A stretch of DNA of 64,000 nucleotides from Takakia lepidozioides (lineage: Eukaryota; Plantae; Bryophyta). The DNA is taken from contig CM060733.1 in assembly GCA_030704615.1 (NCBI GenBank), positions 39,618,001-39,682,000 on the forward strand, written 5' to 3'. Numbering within the stretch: the first letter of the stretch is position 1; each line of letters starts with the position of its first letter. The translations under genes were made by a program, and so were the position numbers. The notes under the pieces are model-generated. The model had not been told where the DNA came from, ran no database searches, and worked only from the letters and a program-made list of their open reading frames with translations. Shown piece by piece: positions 51,456-63,162 of this stretch.

Positions 51456-54400
51456 TCACCAGTAATCCCCACAAGAACAGACCCCATCTTCAAAGTGGTG
51501 AAAGCGGTTAGCGTCCCGTACAACAATTGCTCGGCCAACAATCTTTGAGATGAACTTGGTGGAGGTGTGGCAGTCACCACACACCCGAAGATTCTTGATG
51601 AGACGGAGAGGTGTCCTAGGGGCCGTGCTGATCAGCCCAAAACCAATGGCCAGCTTCTCACTGTGGTGGCAAAGAGAAAATTCCTTTTGCTCCTCGCCCA
51701 CATCGTGCAATACAAAGCGTGTGTCAGGCACATACCCTGCCTCCTTCATCTGGCCAGACAATCTTGACAGTTCTGCATGGATTTCCTTCATTTTGGGATG
51801 CAATTTGTCATCTACAACAAAGGTGTGCACCCTGTTGCCAACCTCGATGCAGCAGTGACCTGGCTCCTTTCTAACCCCTCTGACCTTCATCATTTTTCTC
51901 ACCTTTGCACTGTCGTCCCACCTGCCAGCTGTGGCATAGATGTTTGATAGCAACACATAAGTCGCGGCATCCTGTTCATCCCACTTGAGAATAGATGTTG
52001 CCGCACGTTCAGCCATCTCCACATTGCCATGGATTCTGCAGGCACCTAGCAACGCCTTCCACACCACAGCATCTGGTTTGATTGGCATTTTATTAACGAG
52101 GTCCTCTGCCTCATCCAATCGCCCCGCACGTCCAAGAAGGTCCACCATGCAGCCAAAGTGCTTTACTGTCAGAGTGACACCAGACTCTTGGCTCAGGGAA
52201 TCAAAGTACCGTCTTCCTTCATCCAGTAGACCAACGTGGCTGCATGCAGAGAGAACACAAACAAAGGTGATACTGTCCGGCTTCAAGCCCTCCTTTTGCA
52301 TTCCTTCAAATAGTTGCAGGGCCTCCGTATGACAACCATGCTGGGCATACCCTGCGATCATCGCGCTCCATGACAACACATTTCGTTCAGTCATATTGTC
52401 AAACACTCCCTCTGCATCTTCAATGCTGCCGCATTTGGCATACATGACCATCAGGGCAGTATTCAGAATGACATCTGGAACAATCCCCACGTTGACGATG
52501 TCACCATGGACCTCTTTGCCCTTTTCCAGGGCTGCCAGGCTGGCGCATGCATTGCAAACACAAACAAATGTGACCTGATTGGGCTTCACCCCTTCATACA
52601 TCATTTGCTCATACATCTCCAAAGCCTCCATCCCGCACCCATGCTGGACATATCCTGTGATCATCGCGTTCCAGGAAACCACATTTCGTTCAGCCATATT
52701 GTCAAACACTCCCTTTGCATCCTTGATGCACCCACATTTGGCATATCCAGACATCATTGCATTCCAGGACACCACATTTCGTTCAGCCATATTGTCAAAC
52801 ACTCCCTTTGCATCCTTGATGCTGCCGCATTTGGCATACATATCCACCAGGGTATTGTTCAGAATGACATCTAGCACAACTCCCACTTTGATGATGTCAC
52901 CATGGACCTCTTTGCCCCTTTCCAGGGCTGCCAGGCTCGCGCATGCATTGCAAACACCAACGAATGTGACCCGGTTGGGCTTCACCCCTTCCCGCATCAT
53001 TTGCTCATATGTCTCCAAAGCCTCCATCCCGCACCCATGCTGGGCATATCCTGAGATCATAGCACTCCAGGACACCACATTTCGTTCAGTCATATTGTTG
53101 AACACTCCCTTTGCATCCTCGATGCTCCCACATTTGGCATACATGTCCAACAGGGCAGTATTCAGAATGACATCTGGTACAATTCCCCCATGGATGATGT
53201 CACTATGGACCTCTTTGCCCCTGTCCAGGGCTGCCAGGCTCGCGCACGCATTGCAAACGCAAACGAACGTGACCCGGTCTGGCTTCACCCCTTCCTGCAT
53301 CATTTGCTCATATGTCTCCAAAGCCTCCATCCCCCACCCATATTGGGCATATCCTGCAATCATCGCATTCCATGACACCACATCTCGTTCAGCCATATTG
53401 TCGAACACCGCCTTTGCATCCTTGATGCACCCACATTTGGCATACATGTCCACAAGGGTATTGTTCAGAATGACATCTGGTACAATTCCAGCTTTGACGA
53501 TGTCACCATGGACCTCTTTACCCTTTTCCAGGGCTGCCAGGCTCGCACACACATTGCAAACACAAACAAACATGACCCGGTCCGGCTTCACCCCTTCCTG
53601 CGTCATTTGGTCATACGTCTCCAAAGCCTCCATACCACACCCATGCTGCGCATATCCTGCAATCATAGCACTCCAGGACACAACATCTCGTTTAGCCATA
53701 TTGTCGAACACTACCTTTGCATCTTTGATGCTCCCGCATTTGACATACATGCGCACCAGGACTGTGTTAAGAATGACATCTGGTACAATTCCAGCTTCGA
53801 TGATATCACTATGGACCTCTTTGCCCTTTTCCAGAGCCGCCAGGCTCACGCACGCATTGCAAACACAAACAAACGTGATGTGGTTGGGCTTTACCCCTTC
53901 CCGTATCATTTGCTCATATGTCTCCAAAGCATTCCTACCATACCCATGCTTGGTAAATCCTGCCATCATTATATTCCACGTGATCAAACCTCGTTCAGGC
54001 ATTTTGTTGAACACTTCGTTTGCATCCACAATGCTCCCGCACTTAACATACATGTTGACAAGGGTGTTGTGCAGAAAAACGTTTGGCTTGAATCCACTTT
54101 GGATAATGTGAGTGTGCACCTGCTTTCCAGCTTCCAGGCTTTTCATCTTGATGCACTTATGCAAGAGACAGACATAAGTATCTGAATCTGCTGAAACACC
54201 TCCTTCGTTTAAAGTCTGTAAAGCCTCTTTCAGTTGCCCTGCCTCACATAGCATCCTAACATGCCCAGAAGTGCCAGAAGAGGAATTGTGGACTCCCTCT
54301 CTTGGTCCTCTTTCAGAAGCTGTGGTCATGGTTGAGGTGCCTGATTTTGTCAATTGGGGCGCTGCTGTTGCTGCTTCTAGTTGACCATGTACCCATGTAG

Positions 54401-55434
54401 GTTTCTTGTGGCTATCCATCCATAGGGGATCATAGGCAATCTTGTGCTTGAAATTCGGCCCTCTTGGTTGAATCTGGACCCACACTCCATCCCTGTTCCT
54501 TCAGCGACCCCTGCCTCTGTACCAATCATGTATAGATCCTCGCCTTGCTGTTAGCAGCTGACAATGGCAGCCTAGATTTGTTCTGACAAACACCCCAATC
54601 CTATCACACACTAGTTCCTATGGTGAATTGCTCTCGCAAGACTTCAAAAATGTGCTTGGGAGAGAGGGGACGATAGAAAGCTTTGCGATGCATCTTGTTG
54701 TCTGCTTCTCTCTGTAATCTAACAGGCATTCACCTTTTTCCCTCGATTGTCCCACCATTGACTGGGGTCTGAAAAATATTCCTTCCAAAGCTTCTCCTCA
54801 TATTTCTTATCTGTTTTTGGATACTTCCCTGTTGCCACATTGGCAGTAACATGTCAAAATCACTCCAACCAAACCACTATAGATCCACCCAACGTGCGAA
54901 CTTGCAGCATTCAACATGAAAATTCAGGGATCGAATCTGAAAAACAGGCTGAAATCTGTTGAAGAAGGTACCCTCACCACATTGTCCTTGACCTTGTGTC
55001 ATGAAAGCAGCTAGCTTTTCTTTCACCCACGGAGGATTCGACCGACCATCAACCCAAAAGGACCTCTTGTGTATGCTGTTTGTGTCTACAGTCGGGTGAT
55101 CTCGGATTGGTCTGTGAGAACCACCACAGTGCAGCTGAGCAGCCATAGATTTAAACACAGCGTCCTAAGACCAAACTGACCCTCCCAAGTACATTGTAAA
55201 CACCACGAAAATAACCAAATTATGATACTGTCAGGAATAGTCCACATCCTCATAACAGACAAACTTCTTCGTACACTCAGAAAGCCACACCTTGACATTG
55301 CAGTTCGCCCACCATTGTGAAGGATCTTTAAGAAACTCGCCAGCGTTGCTCCATGCACCACCACGGGAGACCTTCCTGCACGAAATTTCGACGGCGTCAA
55401 CATTTTTGACAAGTTCCTTTACGGAGGAAAACAT
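51456..55434 (-). CDS. PDF(OSB)-PLS-E1-E2-DYW PPR C-to-U editing factor; exons 55434-55291, 55111-54978 (+1 frameshift at 55056-55059), 54828-54734, 54473-51456
   Basis: Last exon is an intact ~1000-aa PLS array with PG box (PGHCCIE), HSEKLA, CGDCH and terminal CSCGDYW. Upstream GT..AG exons encode EFLKDPSQWWANCNVK|TNPRSPDCRHK..WVDGRSNPPWV and LWKEYFSDPSQWWDNRGKK|IQPRGPNFKHK..LWMD..PTWV with compatible phases. Confidence 0.88.
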
Positions 55435-55577
55435 GTCCAAACTTACAGAGATGCTAAAGAAGCTTATGTCTGTAGTCTGTAGGTTTTGGAGTGGTGTGTG
55501 TGAAGGACCAGCGAGTAGCTGAGCTGCCACAGTCTCTCAACCCTCCCCTGTACTTTGCAAACTCTAGGGAATACTTA

Positions 55578-55909
55578 GGGCCACTTTACACTAGGGACCG
55601 GGACCAAGACCAAGCGGAAATGGAGCATTCTTATTGGTCGAGGGCCGAAAATTGGTCCCAAGGGCTTTACACTAGGGACCAAGCCCAAAAGACCAAAGCG
55701 GGCCAATATGCTTACATGGCACCTACTTTTGCTTACATGGCACCTACTTTCGGCGCAAACTTCTTGGTCCAGACCAAGGAAAAGGAACCCTCCTGATAGC
55801 GGGGCCAACTCTTTGCCTCGGGACCAATAAGTCGGACCAAGAGCAGCCCAAGATTGGCACTTCTCGGTCCCACAACTTCTTGGTCTTGGTCCCTAGTGTA
55901 AAGTGGCCC
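55578..55909. mobile_element. PIF/Harbinger (Tourist-like) MITE, 332 bp
   Basis: Perfect 22-bp TIR GGGCCACTTTACACTAGGGACC / GGTCCCTAGTGTAAAGTGGCCC flanked by TTA target-site duplications (55575-55577 and 55910-55912). Confidence 0.95.
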
Positions 55910-56239
55910 TTAGACCTTGCCACTACTTCTAAAAGCATCAATCTCTAAAGACCACTATCACTACTACTAAGTAAATGGCTGCTGGGCACAAAGCAACACT
56001 ACTAAAGCATAAAGGATTAGGGCTAAATATTCTTAGAGGTTGATTATTTGATGAAATTGCATTGTAATCAGTTTTATGATTTTAGTGACCTATTCCGAAT
56101 CTGGAATATGATTGTGAAACTCTATAGCCATGTTCCGATTTCGGAATAGGTCACACATGGCAACAAACAATTTGGTGGATGGCACACCGCGAAGGCCCAC
56201 CCAGAGCATGGCTTCCAGAGTTTATCACAGTAAATCTGA

Positions 56240-59200
56240 GTTATGAGCAATTGATGTGCGAAATGGTGAAGCCCAACCACATCACATTTGTTTGCGTTTG
56301 CAATGCTTGTGCAAGCCTGGCAGCCCTGGAAAGGTGCAATGAGGTCCATGGGACATCGTCAAAGCTGGATTTGTACCAGATGTCATCTGAACACTGCCCT
56401 GCTGGACCTGTATGTCAAATGTGAGTGCATCGAGGATGCAAAGGGAGTGTTCGACAAGATGACTGAACGAAATGTGGTGTCGTGGAATTCCATGATCGCA
56501 GGATATGTCCAGCATGGTTGTCATAGGGAGGTCCTGCAACTATTTGAACGAATGTAAAAGAACGGCTTGAAGCCGGACAATATCACCTTTATATGTGGTC
56601 TCTCTGGGTAGATGGTCAACTGAATGCAGCAGTTGCAGCGGCACAGTTGATGAAATCAGGCACTTCATCCATGACCACAATTTCTGAAAGAGGATCAAGG
56701 AGAGGGAGTCCACAATGCCACTTCTGGCACTTCTGGGCATGTGAAGATGCTTTGTGAGGCAGGCAGACTGAAAGAGGCTCTACAGACTTTAAACCAAGGA
56801 GGCATTTCAGCAGATTCAGAAACGTATGTCTGTCTCTTGCATAAGTGCATCAAGGTGAAAGGCCTGGAAGCTGGAAAGCAGGTGCACACTCACATTATCC
56901 AAAGTGGATTCACGCCAAATGTTTTTCTCCTCAGCACCCTCGTCAACATGTATGTTAAGTGCGGGGGTGTTTGCTGGAAGAATTCTAGGCTGTCATTGTA
57001 TGTTGCTAGCAACAAGGCAAGGATGCATGCATGATTTGTTCAGAGGCATGGATAGCTGAAGGAGCAGGGATGGAGTGTGGGTTCCCTCTTATCAAAACCG
57101 GCCCTAAATTTTCATGTTGAATTCTGCAAGTTAGCTGGTTGAGTGAACCTTTGATAGTTGGAGTGACTTTGACATGATACTGCCAAAGTATCCAGAAACA
57201 GGTAAGAGAGACGAGGAGAAGCTGTGGAAAGAATACTTTTCTGACCCCAGTCAATGGTGGGACAATCGAGGCAAAAAGGTGGATGCCTGTTGGATTACAG
57301 TGAGTAGCAGACGCAATGAGCATAGGAACTAGTGTGATAAGCTGAGTTGGGTATTTCCTAGAACAAATCTAGGCTGTTATTGTTAGCTGTTAGTAGCAAG
57401 GCAAGGATGAATGCATGATTTGTGCAGAGGCATGGATAGCTGAAGGAGCAGGGGTAGAGTGTGCATCCAAGAGGGCCAGATTTCAAGCACAAGATTACCT
57501 ATGATTCCCTGTGGATCAATAGCTACAAGAAACATGCATGGGTAGATGGTCAACTAAAGGCAACAGCTGCAGCGGCACAGTTGATAAAATCAGGCACTTC
57601 AACCATGACCACAGCCTCTGGAAGAGGATCAAGAGAGGGAGTCCACAATGCCTCTTCTGGCATTTATGGGCAAAGAGGTGCATGGCAACATCGTCAGAGC
57701 TGGAATCGTACCAGATGTGATCTTGAACAATACCCTGGTGGACATGTATGCCAAATGTGGGAGCGCCGAGCATGCAAAGGGAGTCTCGACAATATGGTAG
57801 AATGAGATGTGGTGATGCTCACCAAGTGTTCAACAGAATGCCTCAACGATGTTTGATCATGTGGAGCATAATGTTGGCAGGATTTACCAAGCACGGGTGT
57901 GGTAGGAATGCTTTGGAGACCTTTGAGCAAATGATGCATCAAGGGGTGAAGCCCAACCACATCACGTTCATTTGTGTTTGCAATGCGTGTGCAAGCCGGG
58001 GAGCTCTGGAAAAGGGGAAAGAGGTCCATGGTGACATCATCAAAGCTGGAATTGTACCAAGGTTGCAATGCGTGTGCAAACCTGGGAGCCCTGGAAAATG
58101 GGAAAGAGGTCCGTGGTGACATCGTCAAAGCTGGAATTGCACCAGATTCATCCTGAACACTGTCCTGATGGACATATGCCAAATGTGGGTGGATCGAGGA
58201 TGTGAAGGGAGTTTTCAACACTGTGGTTGAAAGAAATGTGGTGTCGTGGAACGCTATGCTTGCAGGGTATGCACAGCAGGGGCACGGGATGGAGGCTTTG
58301 GAGACCTATGAACAAATGATGGGGGAAGTGGTGAAGCCCTCATGGAGTGCAATGATTGCAGGATATTAAAGTGGAGAATAGCCTTCTTGACGCCAAATGT
58401 GGGAGCGGAAAAGATGCATGTTAGGTTTTAAACAAAATGCCTGAACGAGATGTGGTCTCATGGAATGCCATGATTACAGGATATGCTGAGCATGGCTATG
58501 CTAAAGAGGCTTTCAAGATACAAGCAAATGGAACTGGACGCAATGACACCGAACAGGGTCACGTTCGTTTCTGTTGTCAATGCATGTGCCAGTCTAGGGG
58601 CCTTGGAAAAGGGCACGCGGGTCCATGCTGATATTAATAAAGCTGGGGTTGTGTCATATCTTAACTTGGACAATGCCCTTGTTAACATGTATGCCAAATG
58701 TGGGAGTGTTCACGATGCACGTCAAGTGTTTGAAAATATGGTTCAACAAGCATGGAATGCCATAATTGCAGGATATGCTCAGCATGGGTGTAGTACAGAG
58801 GCCTTCCAACTATTTGAACAGATGCAACAGGAAGGCTTGAAGCCAGATGGTATCACCTTTGTTTCTCTTCTCTCTACTTGTAGGCATGTAGGCCTGGTGG
58901 ATGAAAGCCACCACTTGTTTGGTTCCATGAGTAGAGATCACGGCCTCACTCCTACAGTGGAGCATTTTTGCTGCATTGTGGACCTTCTTGGCCATGTAGG
59001 CCGATGAGATGAGGCAGAAGAGTTCATCAACAAAATGCCAATTGAATCAGATGCTCTGGTTTGGGGGACCTTGCTTGCTGCTGCCAGAATTCATGGGGAT
59101 GTGGAGGTAGCAGAACATGCAGCAAAATCTCTTCTCTAGTGCGATCCCAACCACCATGCAGCTTATGTGCTGCTATCTGGCAGGTGACAATATGACACAA

Positions 59201-60192
59201 CATGATGTGGTTTCATGGAGGACCATGATTGCAGCATATGCTCCGCATGAGTATGGCAGGGAGGCTGTTGAGATGTATGAACAAATGCAAAATAAAGGGC
59301 TAACGCCCAACAGCGTCACATTCACTTGTGTTCTCAATGCATGGCCAGCCTGGGAGCCTTGGAGAAGGGCAAAGAGGTCCATGCTGACATCATTAAATCT
59401 GGAATTGCATATTACATAAGGAGACTACGCTTGTGGACACGTATGCAAAATGTGGGAGCATAAAGGATGCGCGTCAAGCTTTTGACAATTGGCTAAACGA
59501 GAGATAGTATCATGGAACACCATGATCGCAGGGTGTGCTCAACATGGATGTGGCAAGGAGGCTTTTGAGATATACGAGAGATTGCAGCAAGACAGGATGG
59601 AGGCTTTGGAGACCTATGAGCAAATGATGGGGGAAGTGGTGAAGCCCGACCACATCACGTTTGTGTGCGTTTGCAGTGCATATGCAAGCCTGGCAGCCTT
59701 GGAAAAGGGCATGGTTGCATCGCCAAAGCTGGAATTGTACCAGATGTATCTGAACAATACCCTCGTGGACATGTATGCCAGATGTGGAATGCGATGATCG
59801 CAGGATATGCCCAGCAACAGGGTGCATACCTTCGTTGTAGATGACAAGTTGCATTCCAGAATTAAGGAATCCATGCTGAGCTGAGAAGATTGTCTGGGAA
59901 GATGAGGAGGCGGGGTATGTGCCTAACATGCGCTTTGTATTGCATGATGTGGGGAGGAGGAAAAGGAATTTTCTCTTTGCCACCACAGTGAGAAGCTGGC
60001 CATTGGTCTTGGGCTGATCAACATGACCCCTAGGACGGCTCTCCGTCTCATCAAGAATCTTCGAGTGTGTGGTGACCGCCACACCTCCACCAAATTCATC
60101 TCAAAGATTGTTGGCCGAGCAATTGTTGTACGGGATGCTAACTGCTTTCACCACTTTGAAGATGGGATTTGTTCTTGTGGTGATTACTGGTG
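56240..60192 (+). pseudogene. Scrambled, fragmented PDF-PLS-DYW paralog(s), inverted relative to the intact gene
   Basis: Out-of-order PPR fragments (56240-56590, 56610-56965, 57670-59810), PDF exons 57187-57278 (KYPETGKRDEEKLWKEYFSDPSQWWDNRGKK) and 57461- (VHPRGPDFKHKITYDSLWI), and a frameshifted DYW at 59815-60192 ending CSCGDYW. Confidence 0.88.
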
Positions 60193-60972
60193 AAATGATG
60201 TCTTCTTGCCAACATGCGAGTGTTTTGCTTCATCCATTGATCTGTGACTTAGCTACTCACACCATCCACCATTTCCCGAAAGTATTAACCATGATGTACT
60301 GTTGAGTGCATTTCCTGTGCCATAAATCCACAAGAAATGATAGTGGGGTCTACCCGACACAGGTGGGAAGTCAGCCCATAATTGCACTTGACTGAAGGGG
60401 TGATTTTTGACTGATTCTGGTGACAGTGGATGGAAATCAGAGTGCTGTCCTAATTTTGGGTTTGGGTGGTGGAGCTTCTCCAAAGCTTTAAGATGGAAGT
60501 GAATACGAATTTTAATGAGCTTGATGAGAGGGGCAGCCTTGTGCACAAGTTTGTTCAGCATCTTAAATTTGGACGTGTTTGTTTCTCGTGGTGTGGCTTT
60601 GGATGGAGCCCTTGATGAACTTGCATGAATATTGTCAAAAGCTAGCCTTAACGCACCGAGATCCAATCCCATGGTGGATGCTTGAAAGTTCATACAGTGA
60701 ATGTAAGGGTATTTGGGTATGTTGTTATTGATTGATGCGGCTTGTGAAAATTTGAAATGTAGATCCGCCATTTTTCTTCCAGAAAAAAACAAAACACGGG
60801 ATCTCTGCATGTACCACCGAGGGGATGACCCAGCCATTTTTTTGTGAAAAATTGAACATAGTTCTCAGAATTCGTTGCTAGTAGTGCGGAGCAACGCGAA
60901 GCCCTAGTATATTAAAAAAAAGAAAGAAAAAGAAAATAAAAGAGAGGTACATTAAGTAAAAAAAATAACCAA

Positions 60973-61211
60973 CAGTCAGTAGTCAGTGGGTAAAGTGCAC
61001 TGAGTGCCATCCGGATGACTCTGGGGTCAAATCCTGCTACTTGACGAGTGTGGTACGCTCTTCTCCCCCTTCCTTGCGGAGTGTCGCATCTGAAAGCCTT
61101 ACGGCGAGGTTACCGAGAGGTTATTTTCTCCTCTCTCTATCAAGGGGCCTGATTTGTGAGCTGTCGCTCCCAGGTGTTTCCCTTTAAAAAAATTAAAATA
61201 AACAAATAAAT
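60973..61211 (+). mobile_element. tRNA(Gly-GCC)-derived SINE
   Basis: cagtagtcagtgggtaaa (A box), tgcca anticodon-like loop, ggggtcaaatcc (B box), unrelated body, A-rich tail ccctttaaaaaaattaaaataaac. Confidence 0.6.
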
Positions 61212-61666
61212 AGTAAGTCCAAAATGGATTGTACCTTTTTTCGTTACGTCACCATTGAAATAGTATATTTTGTTTTTTCAAAAGATAAGCTTGTGGATGT
61301 TTGGTATACCACAATCGAAGCAAAGCTTGGATGAGAAGAAACAAATAAAAGTTTGTCCACTGCCCGCTCCTCCCGTCAAATCCCAGTTCTCCAGATATCC
61401 TCTAAGTAGAAATCCCTGTACACATGCATCACTCTGCTCTGTGTGATTTGCCCAATTACTAGGCCCCAACAGGGCCTGGCATTTTGGCTCCGCCTCCAGA
61501 TTTTCAAAGTTGGTAAACAGAAATCCCTCCATGGATTTGAATAGGGCGTCTCTCTGATGAGAGTACCCAACACCATGAATCTTGTGCTGGAAGAGAGAGA
61601 GGGTGAAAATTTCCAAGAAAAAGCTTTGCAATGTATCTTGTTGTCTGCTTCTTAACAGGCATTCAC

Positions 61667-62039
61667 CTTTTTGCTTTGATCGTCCCACCATGGACTGGGG
61701 GTCCGAAAAGTATTCCTTCCAAAGCTTCTCCTCGTCTCTGTTTTCTGTTTTTGGATATTTGCCTGTTGCCACATTGGCCGTAACATGTCAAAATCACTCC
61801 AAACCACCATAGATCCACCAACCAAGCCAACTTGGAGAAAATCAGGGACGACTCTGACAAGAGGACAAAACAGGCTGAAATGTGTTGAAGAAGAAGGTGC
61901 ACTCACCACATTGTCCTCGACCTTGTGTCATGAAAGCAGCTAGCTTTTCTTTCACCCACGGAGGATTCAGCCACCCATCAACCCAAAGGACCTCTTGTCT
62001 GGGCTGCTTGTGTCTGCAGTCGGGTGATCTCGGATTGCT
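61667..62039 (-). pseudogene. PDF-motif exons of a further PDF-PPR copy (62039-61907 intact; 61762-61667 frameshifted)
   Basis: SNPRSPDCRHKQPRQEVLWVDGWLNPPWVKEKLAAF; GKYPKTENRDEEKLWKEYFSDP/[extra G at 61697-61701]WWDDQSKK. Confidence 0.8.
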
Positions 62040-62229
62040 CTGTGAGAACCACGTCTTTTCCAAGGTACGTCATACTACTGCCGTCAGCCCCTGACAAAGG
62101 TAGTCTCTGTCCCTTTGTGGTGCGCTCAAAATGGGCGGGGGGTCAATGGCCACAAGGCCACGGCAAAAATCGTCTTTCGAGTACATTCTCTTCCAGAACA
62201 TTTCTAAAGTCTTCGGGAATTAATGCAGC

Positions 62230-62745
62230 ACAGGAACTAGTGAGTGATAAGTAGGGTTGGCGTGTTTGCTAGAAAAAATTTAGGCTGTCATTGTCAGCTG
62301 CTAGCAGCAAGGGGCCTCATCTATGCATATTGGTGCCAAGGCATGGATAGCTGAAGGAGCAGGGATGGTGTGTGGGTCCAGATTCATCTGAGAGGGCCGG
62401 ATTTGATTACCTATGAATCTCTGTGGATTGATAGCTGTAAGAAACCTGCAAGGGTAGATGGTCAACTGGCAGCAGCAGCGGCAGCACAGTTGATAAAATC
62501 GGGCCCATCCACCATGACCATAGCTTCCAAAAGAGGACCAAGAGAGGGAGTCCATAAAACCTCTTCTGGCACTTCTGGGCATGTGAGGATGCTATGTGAG
62601 GCAGGTCACCTGAAAGAGGCTCTACAGATTTTGACCCAAGGAGGCTTTTAAGCAGATTCAGATACTTATGTCTGTCTCTTGCAAAAGTGCATCAAGATGA
62701 AAAGCCTGGAAGTCGGAAAGCAGGTGCATGCTCACATTATCCAAA
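62230..62745 (+). pseudogene. Intron 3' half plus start of the main exon of a PDF-PPR copy (opposite strand to its upstream exons)
   Basis: IHLRGPDLITYESLWIDSCKKPARVDGQL...HVRMLCEAGHLKEAL, homologous to the reverse complement of 54100-54620; in-frame stop at 62649. Confidence 0.8.
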
Positions 62746-63162
62746 AATGTGAATTTTTTTTCCACTGTGGCAGTGTTTCCTCTGACGTGTTTGTGTGCTT
62801 TTCAGTGGGAATGTAGTTATCTTTTCTTGAAGGAAACGTCCCAAAAGCTCCTTGTTAACGTGAATGGCTACATCAGAAGGCCTGCTCTGAAAGTGGCCGG
62901 GCCCAATCATGCTCTCAGCAACAAAAAGGGGTGACAGGGTTCATAGTTCAGAGAGTACAAACGGAGCTCTTATTACTGCTCTCTATTCAGGCATTTTTGG
63001 AATTCCCTATGTGGGGGCACGGATAGCTCAGGGAGGCAGGGATGGATTGTGGGTGCAGGTTCACCCTAAAGGACCAGGGTTCAAGTCCTTGGCAGAACCT
63101 CTAGGTCCAACAGTGAGGGGTCCTCTGATGAATGGAAGGACACAGTCGGAAAAACTGTTCCT

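Noticed and set aside
51456-51870. U-to-C (DYW:KP-type) editing domain
   Set aside because: It has a canonical PG box, HSE and terminal DYW, i.e. the C-to-U type.
52579-54111. 510-aa plus-strand ORF (and similar ORFs at 43194, 51985 and 53508)
   Set aside because: Antisense shadows of the repetitive PPR coding strand; no independent domain signal.
60973-61035. Functional tRNA gene
   Set aside because: Acceptor and anticodon stems do not pair properly; it continues into a body and A-tail, fitting a SINE.
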